Positions 12,982 to 27,777 of a stretch of DNA of 64,000 nucleotides are shown here, piece by piece. A model generated the notes under the pieces. It was not told where the DNA came from, did not search any database, and saw only the letters and a list, made by a program, of their open reading frames with translations. A program made the translations under genes and the position numbers. Source of the DNA: Eledone cirrhosa (taxonomy: Eukaryota). How positions within the stretch are numbered: the stretch's first letter is position 1; every line of letters begins with the position of its first letter. The stretch spans positions 62,186,001 to 62,250,000 of the forward strand of contig OZ024744.1 of NCBI GenBank assembly GCA_964016885.1, read 5' to 3'.

Positions 12982-13767
<786 letters not shown>

Positions 13768-15328
13768 TTTTAGTAATTAATCTAAAAGAAAGGAAAAAAA
13801 CAAAAAAAAAGAGAAGGAAAAGTAGGGATTGTTTACATTCATCGAAAAAAGCGGTTATGGAGAATTCGTGGAAGCAACTCATTGAAAATGTAGCCTGGAG
13901 CTTATTAAGAACGGCAAACAAATAAATATATCAAACTGTGTGTGCATGTGTCTGTGTCAACGTATGCATATGCATATCTGTCGGTCCCTGTATGTGTCTG
14001 TGTCTCTGTCCCAGCGTGTGCGTGTGCGTCTGTCCGTGCGTGTGCGTCTGTCCGAGCGTGTGCGTGTGCGTATGTGTCCCAGCGTGTGCGTCTTTGTCTC
14101 TGTCTCAGCGTGTGTGTATGCGCGCCTGTATGTGTGAGTGCCTTGTATGTTTCTATGCAAACGGGTCGAAGGAACTTTTCAACTCTGAGGGAACAGTTTT
14201 ATCAAATTCAGCAAATTTTTATATTCGTTTGTTGGGCGGCGGGAGTCTTTGACATTAAAGAATGCATTCCATTTATCTTCATTACATTTTATATATTCAT
14301 GCAGTGACAGAAACGGGTTTTTGAAATTAGGGGTACATTAAGATCTGTGAATTTAGGGTTGGGAAGAAAAGAGGGAGCGGTAGATGCTTTAAGCCCCTTT
14401 TGCTCCCACTTCGAAACAGAAATGGGAATAAACCAACCCCATGTTTACAATCCCCACCCATTTCCATCACTGTATTCATGCTCTCATAGAAAATAATTTT
14501 CAACAGTGTCTATTATTGAAAATATACCAATTAATTACTAATTAAAAAGCATTAAGGTGTTTTCAGGCAGCAATCTAAAGATAAGGATGTGATGAAACAC
14601 TAAAACGTTCTCTCTTCATCAACAAAATTTGTTTTTAAGACTCAAAAGCAATAAACTTTGTCATTAGTAGTGAAAACAACCGACAGAGGAGTACTTTAAA
14701 ATTGGAAAAAGCAGATTTTCAAATTACATCCCATCATCTATTTATGAGAAATTAAAATAAAAATAGCTCACAACCAGAAAAAGAGTAAATAAACAAGTGA
14801 TAAAAAATTATTTCATGCAAAATTTCTCTACCTGTCCAGATGGGTATGAGTGAGTTGTTAAATTTTCCAGAAGTCTGCAGCAGTTGAGAAGATTAATTCA
14901 CCTAAGGAACACAGTAAACTGAATGATGTCAAGGTCACTCACAATATCAAACAGTTAAATAAATATCTTTAGCACTCAATGGAATCTATGACAGACTCAA
15001 ATAAATTGATCTTAAAATGTCCAAAATACTCAATGGGGAATGATGGGAATTATTACATATATATATATATATATATATATATCTGTAATAATTCCCGATC
15101 GATATATATATATATCGATCGACTTTTGTCAAATCGGACCGAGGAAACAATGTTTTCCTCTGTCTTTCCAGTTGCTAGTACTATCTATCAGTTGCAACTC
15201 CAGGTAGAAGGAGCAATGTGAAATAAAGTGTCTTGCTCAAGGACATAACACATCGCCCAGTTCAGGAACCAAACTCACAACCTCAAGATTGTGAATCCAA
15301 TTCTCTAACCACTCAGTCACACGCCTTC

Positions 15329-15374
<46 letters not shown>

Positions 15375-16124
15375 TATATACATATATATATGGCAATTAA
15401 ATTAACCAATTTTACTTTCTTGATAAACATAAAAAATCCAAATATGGAACTTTTAAAAATATCACCATAAGAAATGGATTAAGAGAAGGGGGGGTATAGA
15501 TTGAGCCGGTGAGGGGAAGGGATAGAGACAGAGAGAGGAAGATAGAGAGAGGGATAGAGAGAAGAATTTGTATAAGTGGAGACCAGCTTTTCTTTCAAAT
15601 GTTATATTGAAAATATGACTGATCAAGTTTAATCCTTTTTATTAAAGATTTTTTTTTGTATTTATTTATTAGTTTGTGAAGCTTCATTTGGAACAATACC
15701 ATTCCAAATTCATATTAGTATTGATTGTGTGCTTAGCAGTGGTCATAAAAGATATACGAGTTGTTGGAAATTATGGATGACTGACTAATATGACCATTCT
15801 TATTCTGAAGATCTCAAAATGTTAATAATACATTGATTTAGGAATGATATTGTTCCAAACTAAGCTTGAAGAACTAAAGCAGAAATATAAAGAAATCGTT
15901 GATAAAAAGTATAACGATCATGTTTTCAATATACACGAAAGTGTGTGCAAAATTAAGTGGAAAAAAATAACTCAATGCAGTAGGGTGGGATCAAATTTAC
16001 TAAAAGCTGAGGGTGACTGAGCAAGTTTTACATTTATGCTTCATCAGGCAACATGAAAATCCAAAACAAAATTTTAGTAATGAACCACACACACTCATCT
16101 ATATCTATCTATATATAAATCTAT

Positions 16125-16930
16125 CTCAAAAGGTTTGTGGAAAATGTGTTTTTATAGGAACACTATGCAAATATTTGCCATTTGCTTATAGCAACTTAAA
16201 CATATATATGTGTGTTTTAATTTCTACAGCTGATCCAGAAGTAATTTAAAGCAATAGATTGAAATTTATGCCATTTTAAATACATCCACACTGTTGTATT
16301 TAGATCAACAACAAACAAGAGCAGAGCTTTCTTTAGAAATCAAAAACACTTTTAGGGGTGAATTGTAACTGGAGATGAAACAGCTTTACAAGTACAATCC
16401 TGGAGGCAAAGCTCTGTCAAAGCAATGGTTACCCAAAGGTAGAAAGGGTCTGGTCAAAGCTAGATTGAACCATTCAGGAAGAAAAGCAATGGCAACAGTC
16501 TTTTGGTATGCTGAGGGCATTTTATTAGTTAACTTCTTAGAGGGAAGAAAAATAGTAACATCTGCTGATTTGAGAAATTTAGCAGAAAAGTGCCCTGGAA
16601 AACTTCATCAGAGAGTTCTTTTCCACTATGACAATGCCCTTGTCAATTCCTCTCATCAAACAAAGGGAGCCTTGCAGGAATTTCAACATCCACCCAACAG
16701 TCCTGATTTAGCAGCTTCTGATAATTTTTTTTTTTATTTCCTAAACTTAGAAAATGTTTAAAAGGTATCCTATTTGAAACCATTAATGATGTAAAGATTT
16801 GCTATGATTAAATTCTCAGGACCCTCAGTTCAATCAGAACAGTATAAATGGCTGGTATCATTGCCTACAAAATTAACTTGATGTGGAAAAATAAAGCTTT
16901 TACATAAAATAATTTTCTTTTCATCCCATG
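16125..16930 (+). mobile_element. Decayed mariner transposon, Hsmar2/irritans-like
   Basis: Peptides GDE(T)...SKQWLP, MATVFW.AEGILLV.FLEG, EK.PGKLHQRVLFH.DNA, HPP.SPDLA.SD and NSQDPQF...NGWYH. The left end ctcaaaaggtttgtggaaaatg resembles the Hsmar2 TIR as I recall it. Confidence 0.85.
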
Positions 16931-17439
16931 AAGAGAGAGAGAGAGGGTGTGTGGTGTGTGCGTGTGTATATGATGTTAAACAGTGATGGTGGTGATATAT
17001 TTGTGTGTGTATATATATATATATATATATTAAAACAAACATTGTATGTTCAATATACGCATTTTTTTTCATTCTGTTATTTTATGAAGGCATATACTCA
17101 ACAAAATAGTAAAATGTTTTGAAATAAACAGTTTAAAATGATTCACAAATATGTTATAGTTAACTTGGTAAACTTCAAATGTAAACAGAACTTTTTTTAG
17201 TTTTTTAACCACAGCAATGAAATTCCTCACATCAGTTAGAAAAGAGATAAAAGCAACTTTGACATTAACTTTAATGTTAGGCTGTTAACAGAAAAATGAT
17301 CCTCCAGTGGCATGGAAGAATAGTAAGTGAGTGTGAGTGAGTGTTGGTGTGGGTGTGTGCGCATGCGCGTGACACCCACCACTTCTGTCCATACCATCCT
17401 TAGACAGTAAGGTTTTGTTACCGCAACAAAAAAAGCATC

Positions 17440-17870
17440 CAGCTCACACTTTAAATGTGGTTGGTGTTAGGAAGGGCATCCATCTGTAGAAACCAAGCCA
17501 GAAAGTTCTATATGAACAAGACATGGTAACCTGGCCCGATTTGCCTTTAATGGAACAACCCGTCTAACCCATGCTAGCATGGAAAATAGATGTTAAATGA
17601 CGATGATATATATCATCATCACCGTTTTATGTCCGTTCTTCCACACTAGCATGGGTTAGACGGGTTGTCCTGTTGTGGGCAGTGTCCGGTCGGCTGACCT
17701 TGTCTTGCTCATACTGGAACTGATTACAGCTGGATGCCCTTCCTAACACCAGCCTCATTGACAGTGAATGGTGGGTACTTTTTTTTCGTGGTGCCTACAC
17801 ATCCACTTTACAGTGTGGGCTGGGTGCTTTTTTGCCGTGGCACCTCCACGACCACTTTGTAGTGGAATGA
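17440..17870. mobile_element. Two RTE-tail-type elements arranged tail-to-tail (+ then -)
   Basis: gttaggaagggcatcc...gatgat on +, then the reverse complement of a related tail from about 17612. Confidence 0.75.
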
Positions 17871-18022
17871 TAGGGACCCCAGTCCTATCATCTCATTTCT
17901 ACAGCTGGAGCAATGTGAAATAAAGTGTCTTGCTCAAGGAAACAACACATCACCCGGTCCGAGAATTGAACTCACAACATTTCGATTGCAAGCCCAATGC
18001 TCTAACCACTTAGCCATGCGCC

Positions 18023-18069
<47 letters not shown>

Positions 18070-18072
<3 letters not shown>

Positions 18073-19310
18073 GAGTTCCACGCACCTTAATCTGGTGGGC
18101 TCTTAGAAAACTAGGAGTGGAAGAATGGCTTGTGAGGGTTATACAAGCCATGTATAAAGGAACAGTCAGCAAGGTTAAAATTAACGAAGAATATAGTGAT
18201 GAATTTAGCGTAATGGTACACCAGGGCTCCGTTCTTAGCCCCTCCTGTTTATAATTGTCCTACAGGCTATAACAGAGGGGTTTAAGACTGGCTGTCCATG
18301 GGAACTTCTATATGCAGATGATCTAACACTCATAGATGAACTAGAAAGGAAGTTCCAAACATGGAAGCATGGCCTTGAATCAACTTGTCTAAGACTAAGG
18401 GTCTAATATGCAGAAAGGAGAATAGGGCACAGGTACCCTCTGGGGAATGGCCATGCTCAGTGTGTAAGAAAAGAGTAGGCAGAAACTCAATTCTATGTCC
18501 CAAATGCAAACTATGGGTACATAAAAGATGTAGTGGGATCAGAGGTAAGCTATCTAAGAATGTAGATTTTATAGGTAGCCGATGCTCAGGTGCAGTAAGT
18601 AGCAAGGGCCCACTGGATGTATCTCCTTCAACTGCCCAGATGGTTCTATAGAAATAGTAGACACCTTCCGTTACCTGGGTGACAAAATCAGCAGTGGAGG
18701 AGGGTGCTCTGGAAATGTAGTAACCAGAGTTAGAACAGGATGGAAAAAGTTTAGAGAGCTAATACCGCTCTGATTGTATGATGCATGTATACAAACGGTG
18801 ATATTACATGGTAGTGATACTTGAGCATTGTGTGCTGAAGGCCTGCGTAGATTAGAAAGAAATGAAGCTTGCATGCTCTGATGGATGTGTAATAGTAACA
18901 TGTGCAAAAGGTGAAGCATAAACGAACTAAGAGGGAGACTAAGCATAAGAGGTATCAAATGTCGTGTTCTGGAGAGGAGATTGCGTTGGTATGGACATGT
19001 GATGCGTATGAAGGATGACAGCTGTATAAAAAAGTGCAGGGCAATGAAAATTGATAGAAGCTGTGGAGCGAGTAGACCAAGAAAAACCTGAGACAGGGTG
19101 ATAAAAACTGACCTTACCCACCTATGCCTCTTTAAGACAATGACAATGGATCAAGACCTTTGGCGCCATCCAGTTGTACAGAAGACCCGACTACCATGGC
19201 ATACAAATCTACAGTCAGTAGGCACCTCTTAATGGAACAAATGCATCAAATGGAACAAAACCATCTAATCCATGTTAGCGTGGAAGATCGACGTTAAACG
19301 ATGATGATGA
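18070..19310 (+). mobile_element. RTE LINE 3' part, decayed
   Basis: RVPR.LIWWALRKLGV, HQGSVLSP, YADD, PHD-like [21 protein letters not shown] and (GAT)n tail; many stops and frameshifts. Confidence 0.9.
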
Positions 19311-20953
19311 TATATATATTTTAATGTTGGAAATGCAAAAATCACTACAAATAATGTTTTTAGAAAATCAGGTAAAAACTCCTTGGGAACAGGAAAAAGT
19401 GGCCAGTAGCCACTATGGAGAATTGAACTGTGTCTCTCAAATTCCAATTAAGCATATCACTATGCCAAATAGTGAGACAACAGTTTCTCTCTAAATTAGG
19501 AGCTATATAACAGCTTCAAAGAGTCACAGTGAAACCAAACCTCAAACCACATGGTTGTTAAGCAACCTCCTTAACCAGACAACCATGCCTACACCTATAT
19601 AAACATTAGTTTACTCTTATTCAAGTCACACATAAACTAACAAACCCCATAGAAATAGGTAATAATAGAAGCAGAGACCAAGCAGAAAAATACAACTGTC
19701 ACGATCTGAAAATCACATCACATTTGAAAGGAGTGGGTCAGTTGTTGAAACACGAATCAAAATAAACCCTGCCTAACTAACCCTGTGATCTTTCTAGCTG
19801 TGTAATTAATTATTCCACCAAAATGGAAGATAGTTGTCATTATGGAGAGATGAATAAAATTGAGAGGTAACCAACATCCAGCACTTCAATTAGTTGCAAT
19901 ACATTATTTTTGCTTCTTTTTTTGAATGGAAACTTTTCAGTTGAATGAACATTGGCTCTCTCTTTCTCTCTAACAGCTGCTACCTATAATCAGACTTCTA
20001 TTCTTGCCTTTTATCACTAGCCTTAAATATTGGCTTATGCACACATTTCCTATTTATTTGATTCCATTTTAATTGCTGTGTGTGTGCGTGTGCACGCTCA
20101 CGCACATGTTGAAACTAAGGAATTTGAGTAGAAATCTCTCTCAGGCTTAGAGGCTCATAAAGTCAAGGCTTATCTTGTTTTCATACTATTTTAAGAACAA
20201 CTTTAGTGCACAAGACTCCTCTTGAAGGGACACCAGTCTATTGCAAGGTACTCATTTTCAGTTGAATAGACTGCAACATGTAATGAAATACTTTGCTCAA
20301 AGACAGGGCACCATCCTGTCCAAGGATCAAACTCATGAGTACAATTGTGAAACCAAGATCTTAACTGCAACGCCATGTGCCTTAACCAATTTGGATTGAC
20401 CTTGTAGCGAAACTATTTCACATATCGCAGCAACAACGTGATTTGGTTAAACAAACCAATCGTATGAATACATTGTTGCAGCCTCATTATAAAACCTGCT
20501 GGTCCATGAGAGAGATAACTCTCTTGGACAGCAAGGTGAAAAGACCTACCACAAGATAACTCCTACTGTAATCCTTCTATAATCCAGCGGCTAAAGAATT
20601 GAACATTTATCAACAAAGCATTTTCCACATTTCTTGAATTGTTCTTCTACGGCCTATCTTCTATACGACATATTCTATTTTCTGTACAAAAACTCATCTT
20701 TCGACAATAAATTTATATTTATAGAGAATAGAGTGTTAAAGCGACATTTATTTATACCATGGATGTCAGAAGCATGTCACTGCAAGTACAGAGCAACAAA
20801 CACATTGACTAAGGTATTTTCTTATAATAGTTTGTAATAACAAGGTCCTTGGATGTTTCAACTTGTAGTTGTAAAAAGGTATAAGTAATTATTTAACTCC
20901 TCATTCTACCTATAACCTTGTTTAATTTCTGTTGATGTTTGGTAAACACACAC

Positions 20954-21009
<56 letters not shown>

Positions 21010-22303
21010 GTGTGTGTGTGTGTTTATAAATCACAGCTTTCCCTTAAAAATACAAGAAAACCATATGACTTATTCATTGGACCTACAAAACCTCAATTCA
21101 AAATATATGCTACACTGTAAATGTTATATGTAAAATAGAGATGCCACTTATGCACATGTATATAAAGTGTACACTAGACATTCTCAGATCTAGCTGCTTT
21201 TAAGTCCAAGATTGCTTCCTAATAGTAACAAGCCACCTAGTGGCTTTCTCTATAGTTTTAGTGGTGGAACATATAGTTGCTCCTCCTTTTTTCCTGCACC
21301 AGCGATTAGAAACAAAATATTGTTACATCAATAACTGCTAGCTACAAGACTTAAAGGTATCGAGACAAAGCCTTTTGTTTTTATAATAAATGATATAAAT
21401 CTCCTATGGATTATGACGTAGTTGTAAAGAGGATTAGTGTTTTGCCATATACAAATATCGGTCTTCAAATCCAGAATCAGATTGGCACAACTGCAAGCCT
21501 CAGTGGAGCAAGGTTTGTAGGTGGATTTGACTAATGGTCAGTATAGAAAGTGATTCTTCAGATACTGATCCTACCCAATAAAATTAAAATACAGTTAAAA
21601 ATAAATAAAACCAAATAACCACATGGTTCAAGGTTAGTCGTTCTGTGGTATATGGGCTTGTGATTGATTTTCGTAGACAAAACTTCTAAGGAAGCCCGAT
21701 GTGTGTGTATACACATATACATAGATAGGTGTATGTGTGTATGCCAGTCACCACAAACAGTGATACTGTTTATAAAATATAAAATAGAAAAGCCAGTAGT
21801 GACAGTTATGTCCTCCATATACAATACATTATACAACAGTGCAGTTTGCTGTATCTTTAGTGATAAACATACCATACTTAAAAAATAAGACATGGGCTAG
21901 TGTCAGGAAGGGCATCCAGCTGTAGAAAAAACCTGCCTCAGCCCATGCATAAATAGAAAAGGAACACATACAAAACAATGGTGATAATGATTTGTAGATT
22001 GGATTGTTCATAGAATTCTATGATGTGATTATAGGATGACCGTATGGCTCAGTGGTTAAGAAGTTCACCTGACAATCATATGGTTCCAGAATTAATCACT
22101 GTGTAGCATCTTTGATGAGTGTCTTTACCATAGCTTCAGGTTGTCTCAAGCCTTGCAAGCAGAACTGGGTAGAGGAAAGCTGTGTCAAAGCTTGTTAGAT
22201 GGATTGTATGATACATGGTTGCACAGTTCTTTGAAGACATGTCTTTTAATAGCTCTAACATTTTTTTAATTTGTTCTGATTATCATTTTTTTTTTTCAGA
22301 TAA

Positions 22304-22600
22304 ATGATGACAGACATCAAACTAACTCAGCAAATGAAAAGACACGTTGTAATCCTTTCTTCAAAGGCAAAATATAGTGATTTAGAGATTGATTGTTTCC
22401 TGAAAGTTCCTGTAAAAGTTCACAAAGAGCTGGATGCAGCTGATGAGGATTCTACAGCACTAGCCAAAAGTAAAACGCCCGCTAAGGGCCCTAATGCCAT
22501 CAGAACACACAAATGTGTTCGAAAGGTGCAGAAAATTATTGATAAGAACCCAGAAAGTCAATGCTAAGGAGCTCATGGTTTCAAGGCACATGATTTTGAC
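22304..22600 (+). mobile_element. Tc1/mariner-superfamily transposase N-terminal remnant
   Basis: KRH.VI...K..SDLEI..FLKV...KV.KEL...IRT...V.KVQ..ID.NP resembles HTH regions of DD37D/maT-like transposases. Confidence 0.5.
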
Positions 22601-22629
22601 AACACAAGATCTGAGTAGCAGTAATATTA

Positions 22630-22947
22630 ATAATAATAATAATAATAATGGTTTCATTTATTGGCCACAAGGTCCAACATATAGGGGACGATATACTAGA
22701 CAGGGACTGGGGGTTTACATATGTAAGGTGTAATAATATAAATAACAAAATAAGAAAAATACAACAATGAAAAATTTCCCAATGGGGAGGTATAACCACC
22801 CAAGGTTCACTCAGGTACCCCACCAATCCTGAACCACCCAACACTTCAAGAGCACCCGGGAAAGGCACCCCTCTCATCCTCAAATTCACCAACCTACAGG
22901 CGCATGATCAGAGTAGGCCCATTCACACGGGCCATTCTCGCCACATT
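22630..22947 (-). mobile_element. L1/Tx1-like LINE 3' UTR with (TTA)n tail
   Basis: Clearly similar to 12982-13300 (tcaggtaccccaccaatcctgaaccaccc; cagagtaggcccattcac). Confidence 0.75.
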
Positions 22948-23019
22948 ATTATTACTATTATATAATAATAATAATAAACAGGAAGGACACCCAGCTGTAG
23001 AAAAAAACCTTCAAAAGTT

Positions 23020-24826
23020 TTGAAAGGATGCCAAAAGAAGTCCTGTGGTACAAAAGACCAGTTACTTATTGATAAGTTGGTAGTAAGGAATTGCAAGAGG
23101 AGGCATTGTGGTCTTGCCATGAGATGAATAGATTACAAGAAGGCATTCAACATGGTTCCTCATTCTTAGATAACCAAAGCCTAGAGATCTTCAAGGTGGC
23201 AGACAGCTATTAAGTAAAAGTATGAAGTCTTGGGAAACAGAGCTAACATCAAGTAGAGAATCCTTGGGAGGCTTGAAGATCAAGAAAGATATCTTCGAAG
23301 TGAAAGCAGGATACAAGCTGGGAAGAGGAGAGCTTACCATCAACTACCTCCTCTTCATGGACAATCTGAAACTCTTTGGGAAAAGTGAGAAGGAGTTGGA
23401 TGTACTTGTTAACACTGTCCGTACTTTCAGCAATGATATATGGAATTTGGCATTAATAAGTGTGAAGTCCTAGTGATGAAGAGGGGTAAATTGAACAGAA
23501 GCAACGGAATCCAGGTACCAATAGGTGAGATGATAAAGGAAATTGACACTGAAGAAGGATACAAATATTTGGGTGTTCTGGAGGCAGATGACATCAAGAA
23601 CAATAAAATGAAGGAATTGATAAGATCTGAATACATAAGGAGAGTAAGGAGTGTATTAAAGTCACATCTGAACAGTAGGAATGCCATAAGTGCAGTAAAT
23701 TCCCGAGCTGTGTCTATTATTAGGTACAGTGCGGGAATTCTGAAATGGAATGTTACTGAACAAAAAGAAATGGATTGAAAGACTAGGAAGCTAATGACTA
23801 CCTACAGTATATTCCACAAGAGGAGTGATGTTGGTAGACTCTACTTAAAGAGACCTGAAGATGGAAGAGGTCTTATCAGCATAGAGGACTGTGTTCAGAT
23901 GGAGAAAAACAGTCTGCAGAAATATGTCTGACAGTAGGGAGCCAATACTCAAGTTGTACTGAAGGAGAAGACAATAAACCAGGGGATGTCCAAGGAGGAA
24001 GAGCAAACTTCATGAAAAATCCCTTCATAGTACCTTTAAGAAAACAGAATTCGGAGATCCAGACATGGAACTTGTTAAAATGAGGAGACTTTAAAAAAGC
24101 TACAGAAGGAATGCTAATGGCTGCACAAGAGAAAGCCCTCAGAACGAAGTGGGTGAAACACCATATTGACAAGGAGGAGGCTAGCTCACTGTGGAAAGAG
24201 AGAGGAGACTAGGGCTCACATCGTATCCGAGTGTAAAAACTTAGCCCGGATTCACTATAAAGGCTGGAGACATTATATGATAGGTGATTCACTGGCATCT
24301 ATGCAAACTAAACAATTAACCACATTCTGAAAAGTGGTATGAGCATAAGCCAAAGTCGGTGATAGAAAACGATCAAGTGAAGGTGCTATGGGAATTCAGG
24401 ATACAGACGGACAAGAAATTAAAACAATAGGCCTCACCTGTTGGTTTTTGACAAGGAAAAAAGATCGTGCCTGATTGTAGATGTAGCCTGACCCTTTGAT
24501 ACGAGAGTGCAAGAGAAGGAGAAAATTAACCGTTACCAGGATTTAAAGTGGGAGTTAAAAAGGATTTGGGACCGTCATAAGATCAAGGTCGTCATGTTTG
24601 TCATAGGAGCACTAGCTACTATCTCAGAGTTTTCAAGGATGGTTAAAGAACAATTGTCCAGCCCTGTTTTTTGGCATGCTTGCTGGGAACAGCAAGAACC
24701 CTCTGATATGTCCTGGATATCTGAGGCTGCAGGTAGCGGCTTGATATTCATTTCAACAAACTTTCCAGTTAAATAACATCAATGACTAGGACTCAAAGAA
24801 CAATAATAATAATAATAATAATAATA
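23020..24826 (+). mobile_element. Dong/R4-clade non-LTR retrotransposon, decayed (RT plus restriction-like endonuclease)
   Basis: [70 protein letters not shown] and KINRYQDL; ends in (TAA)n. Confidence 0.85.
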
Positions 24827-26149
24827 AAAATAAACTAAACATTACTGATCTAAATCATTTCTATTATGCATTGGCTAAAGTCACAAACTTTCCAGTTAAA
24901 TAACATCAATGACTGAGACTCAAAGAATAATAATCATTATCATTATCATTGCAAAAAGAATTCATTCTTGAGCAATTTTGATATCTTAACATTGAGTCTT
25001 TCACACAATTGACACAGAAAAAAAAAGTTAGGTAACCGGTAATTATCAAATAATATAAAAAAAAGAAAACTTAAATCTTGTTTCTAGATATACCATTATA
25101 TATTAATAGAATATTTCTATCTTTATGCAATTTCAATTGTAAATCTTGTCCAATTGCCAATCTCTATAACAATGATTGTACAGGATTTTGCTTTTGTCAG
25201 TCTGTCACACAAATGTTATAATCTCACAAAAACGTTCAACATTTCTTTTTGTCATTTAGAATTCATGGAACACAAATGTAAAACAACAAATGAGGGAGAA
25301 AGGAATGCAAATATTCTAAAATATTTTCTACCTTCCTTTCTCGCTCCCTAATTGTGTGTATGTGTGTGTGTGTGTAATCCACAAATAAAGCTCTGTTAAA
25401 GTTTGGTAAAGAAACCTAATATTACTGCTCATGAAACAATGGGTTATGTATACATACTAGTTACTTATAAAAAGCATCATAAGTCAAGAATCTTCAACTT
25501 TCATTAGTTGCATCATTAATACAAGAATGGTATAACAACTGACTTCATGTTTAGGGTGTTGAGATCACGATCATAAGGTCATGGATTTGATTCTTAGACT
25601 GAGTAGCTTGTGTCCTTGAGCAAGGCACTTAATTTTACAGTATTCCTGTTCACTCAACTGTAAATAAGTATTAAAAACAACTGGGAGTTAGCCCTGTGAC
25701 TGACTGGCATCCATCTTGTACATTCAGTTGTTTAACACCCATGAAACTGTGATAAGCTCTGGACTTCATCGAACTCATGCAAGCATGAAAAGAAAGACAT
25801 TACAACAATAACTCTATAACTCACATAAGAATTCATGTAACATCATTCATAATTTTATATCCACTTCCCCATGCTTGCAGAGGTTGGATGAGTTCTTTTC
25901 CAGCACAGCCTCTCTCCACTTGTAGCATTCTCCAATTATATATATATATATATATTTTTTTTTTTTGGGGGGGGGGTCTTTTCTGATCTGGTTGCATGCC
26001 CTTCCTATCATTAACCTTTTATTTTTTACATCAAAAACTAGGTCCATTTTATTGTTGTACCAGCACTAAAGAAGTTGTCTCTATCCTATATCATTTTTAA
26101 TTCAGGGTAACTATTCTCCTAGAGAGACTACTAAAAAGGATTTTTTCAA

Positions 26150-26339
26150 ACAGACAAAAATACAGTCACAGACATACATTCACACAAACGTACATTTGCA
26201 CGAACACACAGCATAGCAAATGGAGCACCAGTCGCTGTTTTGTGATAGTTTTTTCACCATCCCTTTCCTTTTACACACATACATTCACACAAACACACAA
26301 TGTGTGACGGACGGATGTCACTCAAATTTATATATAGAT
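26150..26339 (-). mobile_element. Probable Helitron-type non-autonomous fragment
   Basis: Ends gacggacggatgtcactcaaatttatatatagat, the same terminus architecture as 29155-29727. Confidence 0.4.
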
Positions 26340-27590
26340 TTTGAGTGACTGCTCTTCAAGTTTCTTTCCTTGTGGCTTACAGAGTCTACATTTACACTAT
26401 ACCTTTTTATATCTACCAAGTTATTGCTCTCCTAGATACGCTGACTTCCCTACAGCTTATGAAAAGAAAAGTTTCAGGGTTTCAAATGTTTTCACACAGA
26501 AAAGATAAAGATGAAGCAGCAGCAACAAACATTTTAAGTTCATTTTATTTGCTAAAGCAAGGGTTAGCCATGCAGGCCCCAAGAGAGGCTTTATACTCAT
26601 GAGGTCCTTTTTGGAGTAATGTTTTACAAACAGATGTCCTTAGCAATGGACTAATGGGAAAAAATTATAATTTAATAAAATGTGAGGACTTGAAAAAAAT
26701 GTATTGATTTTTTACACATTCAAAACTTCCTTCATAATTTAGTGAGAGGTGGAAAGACTACCTATGACACTTTTGCAGGCTGTTGTGAGAAAGAGAAAAC
26801 ATAACTTATAAGATGTTGATGCCAACCACCATTTCAATCATGGCTGGCCTGCTAACAGATGGCGCAGTATCTTGAAATGTTACTCACAAGACCACACTCC
26901 TGATATATCTAGTACAACTAGAAGTTTGTGGATCATGGGTGGGCACACCAAGATGTAGGACCACTTCCCTGATATATCCAACACCGAGTCCTGTGCTGAA
27001 GGAGCACAACTTGTACTAACTAACAAACATTGACACTATGGCCCACGAATCGTTGCAATAGGAAGAAGTACATCAAGATGTTGAGTTATTCACAAACAAG
27101 GAACCTGATGCAAATACTTTCAACAGAACAGACACTACTGAAGGCATCTGGTGGTGTTAAATCAGGGTTATCAGCCATAGAAACCATGCCAAATATGGAA
27201 TGTATGAACAAGATGCCAGACTATCCCCACCAACATCTCCAGTCTTGGTCTGCAACAACCTGTCCATCCCACACCAACATGGAAAGCAGATGTAAAATGT
27301 TGATACAACACAATAGCAGATTTTTTAGCTATCTTGTCAATGCGATGTTCAGTATATTAGTGACAAATAACCTTCGGTGTGATATTTACTACTCCTTAAT
27401 TGTTGAGTTGATAAACAGGTTTTATGGGTACTATTTCTAGCGTCAATATGTACCCATCATTATCCTGGATATACAGCTATTTATTTAATTAGTTGAACTA
27501 CACATGCATGTAATTTATACACCATGGTGGTTTGGTAATGAATAAACTGTTTACTAACAGGTGAATATTTTGTTTATACTTTCAAAGAAA

Positions 27591-27678
27591 CCCTCTGATG
27601 AAAGAATATTTTTCAGTATTGCATGTCAATATTGAGATGGTCAATATTGTTTCTTGTTTCTAGCAACTGCAGTCAGAG
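27591..27678 (+). ncRNA. Degenerate hammerhead-like motif in a probable Penelope pLTR remnant
   Basis: ccct-CTGATGA ... GCAA (GAAA mutated)-CTGCAG (palindromic stem III)-TC-agag. Probably inactive. Confidence 0.4.
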
Positions 27679-27777
27679 ACTAGATGTGAGTGAAAACTTT
27701 TGTATTAGTTGACTTTACTAGCACTACCTGTTGGAGACTTTGTATAAGTATATATATATATATATAGTATATATATT

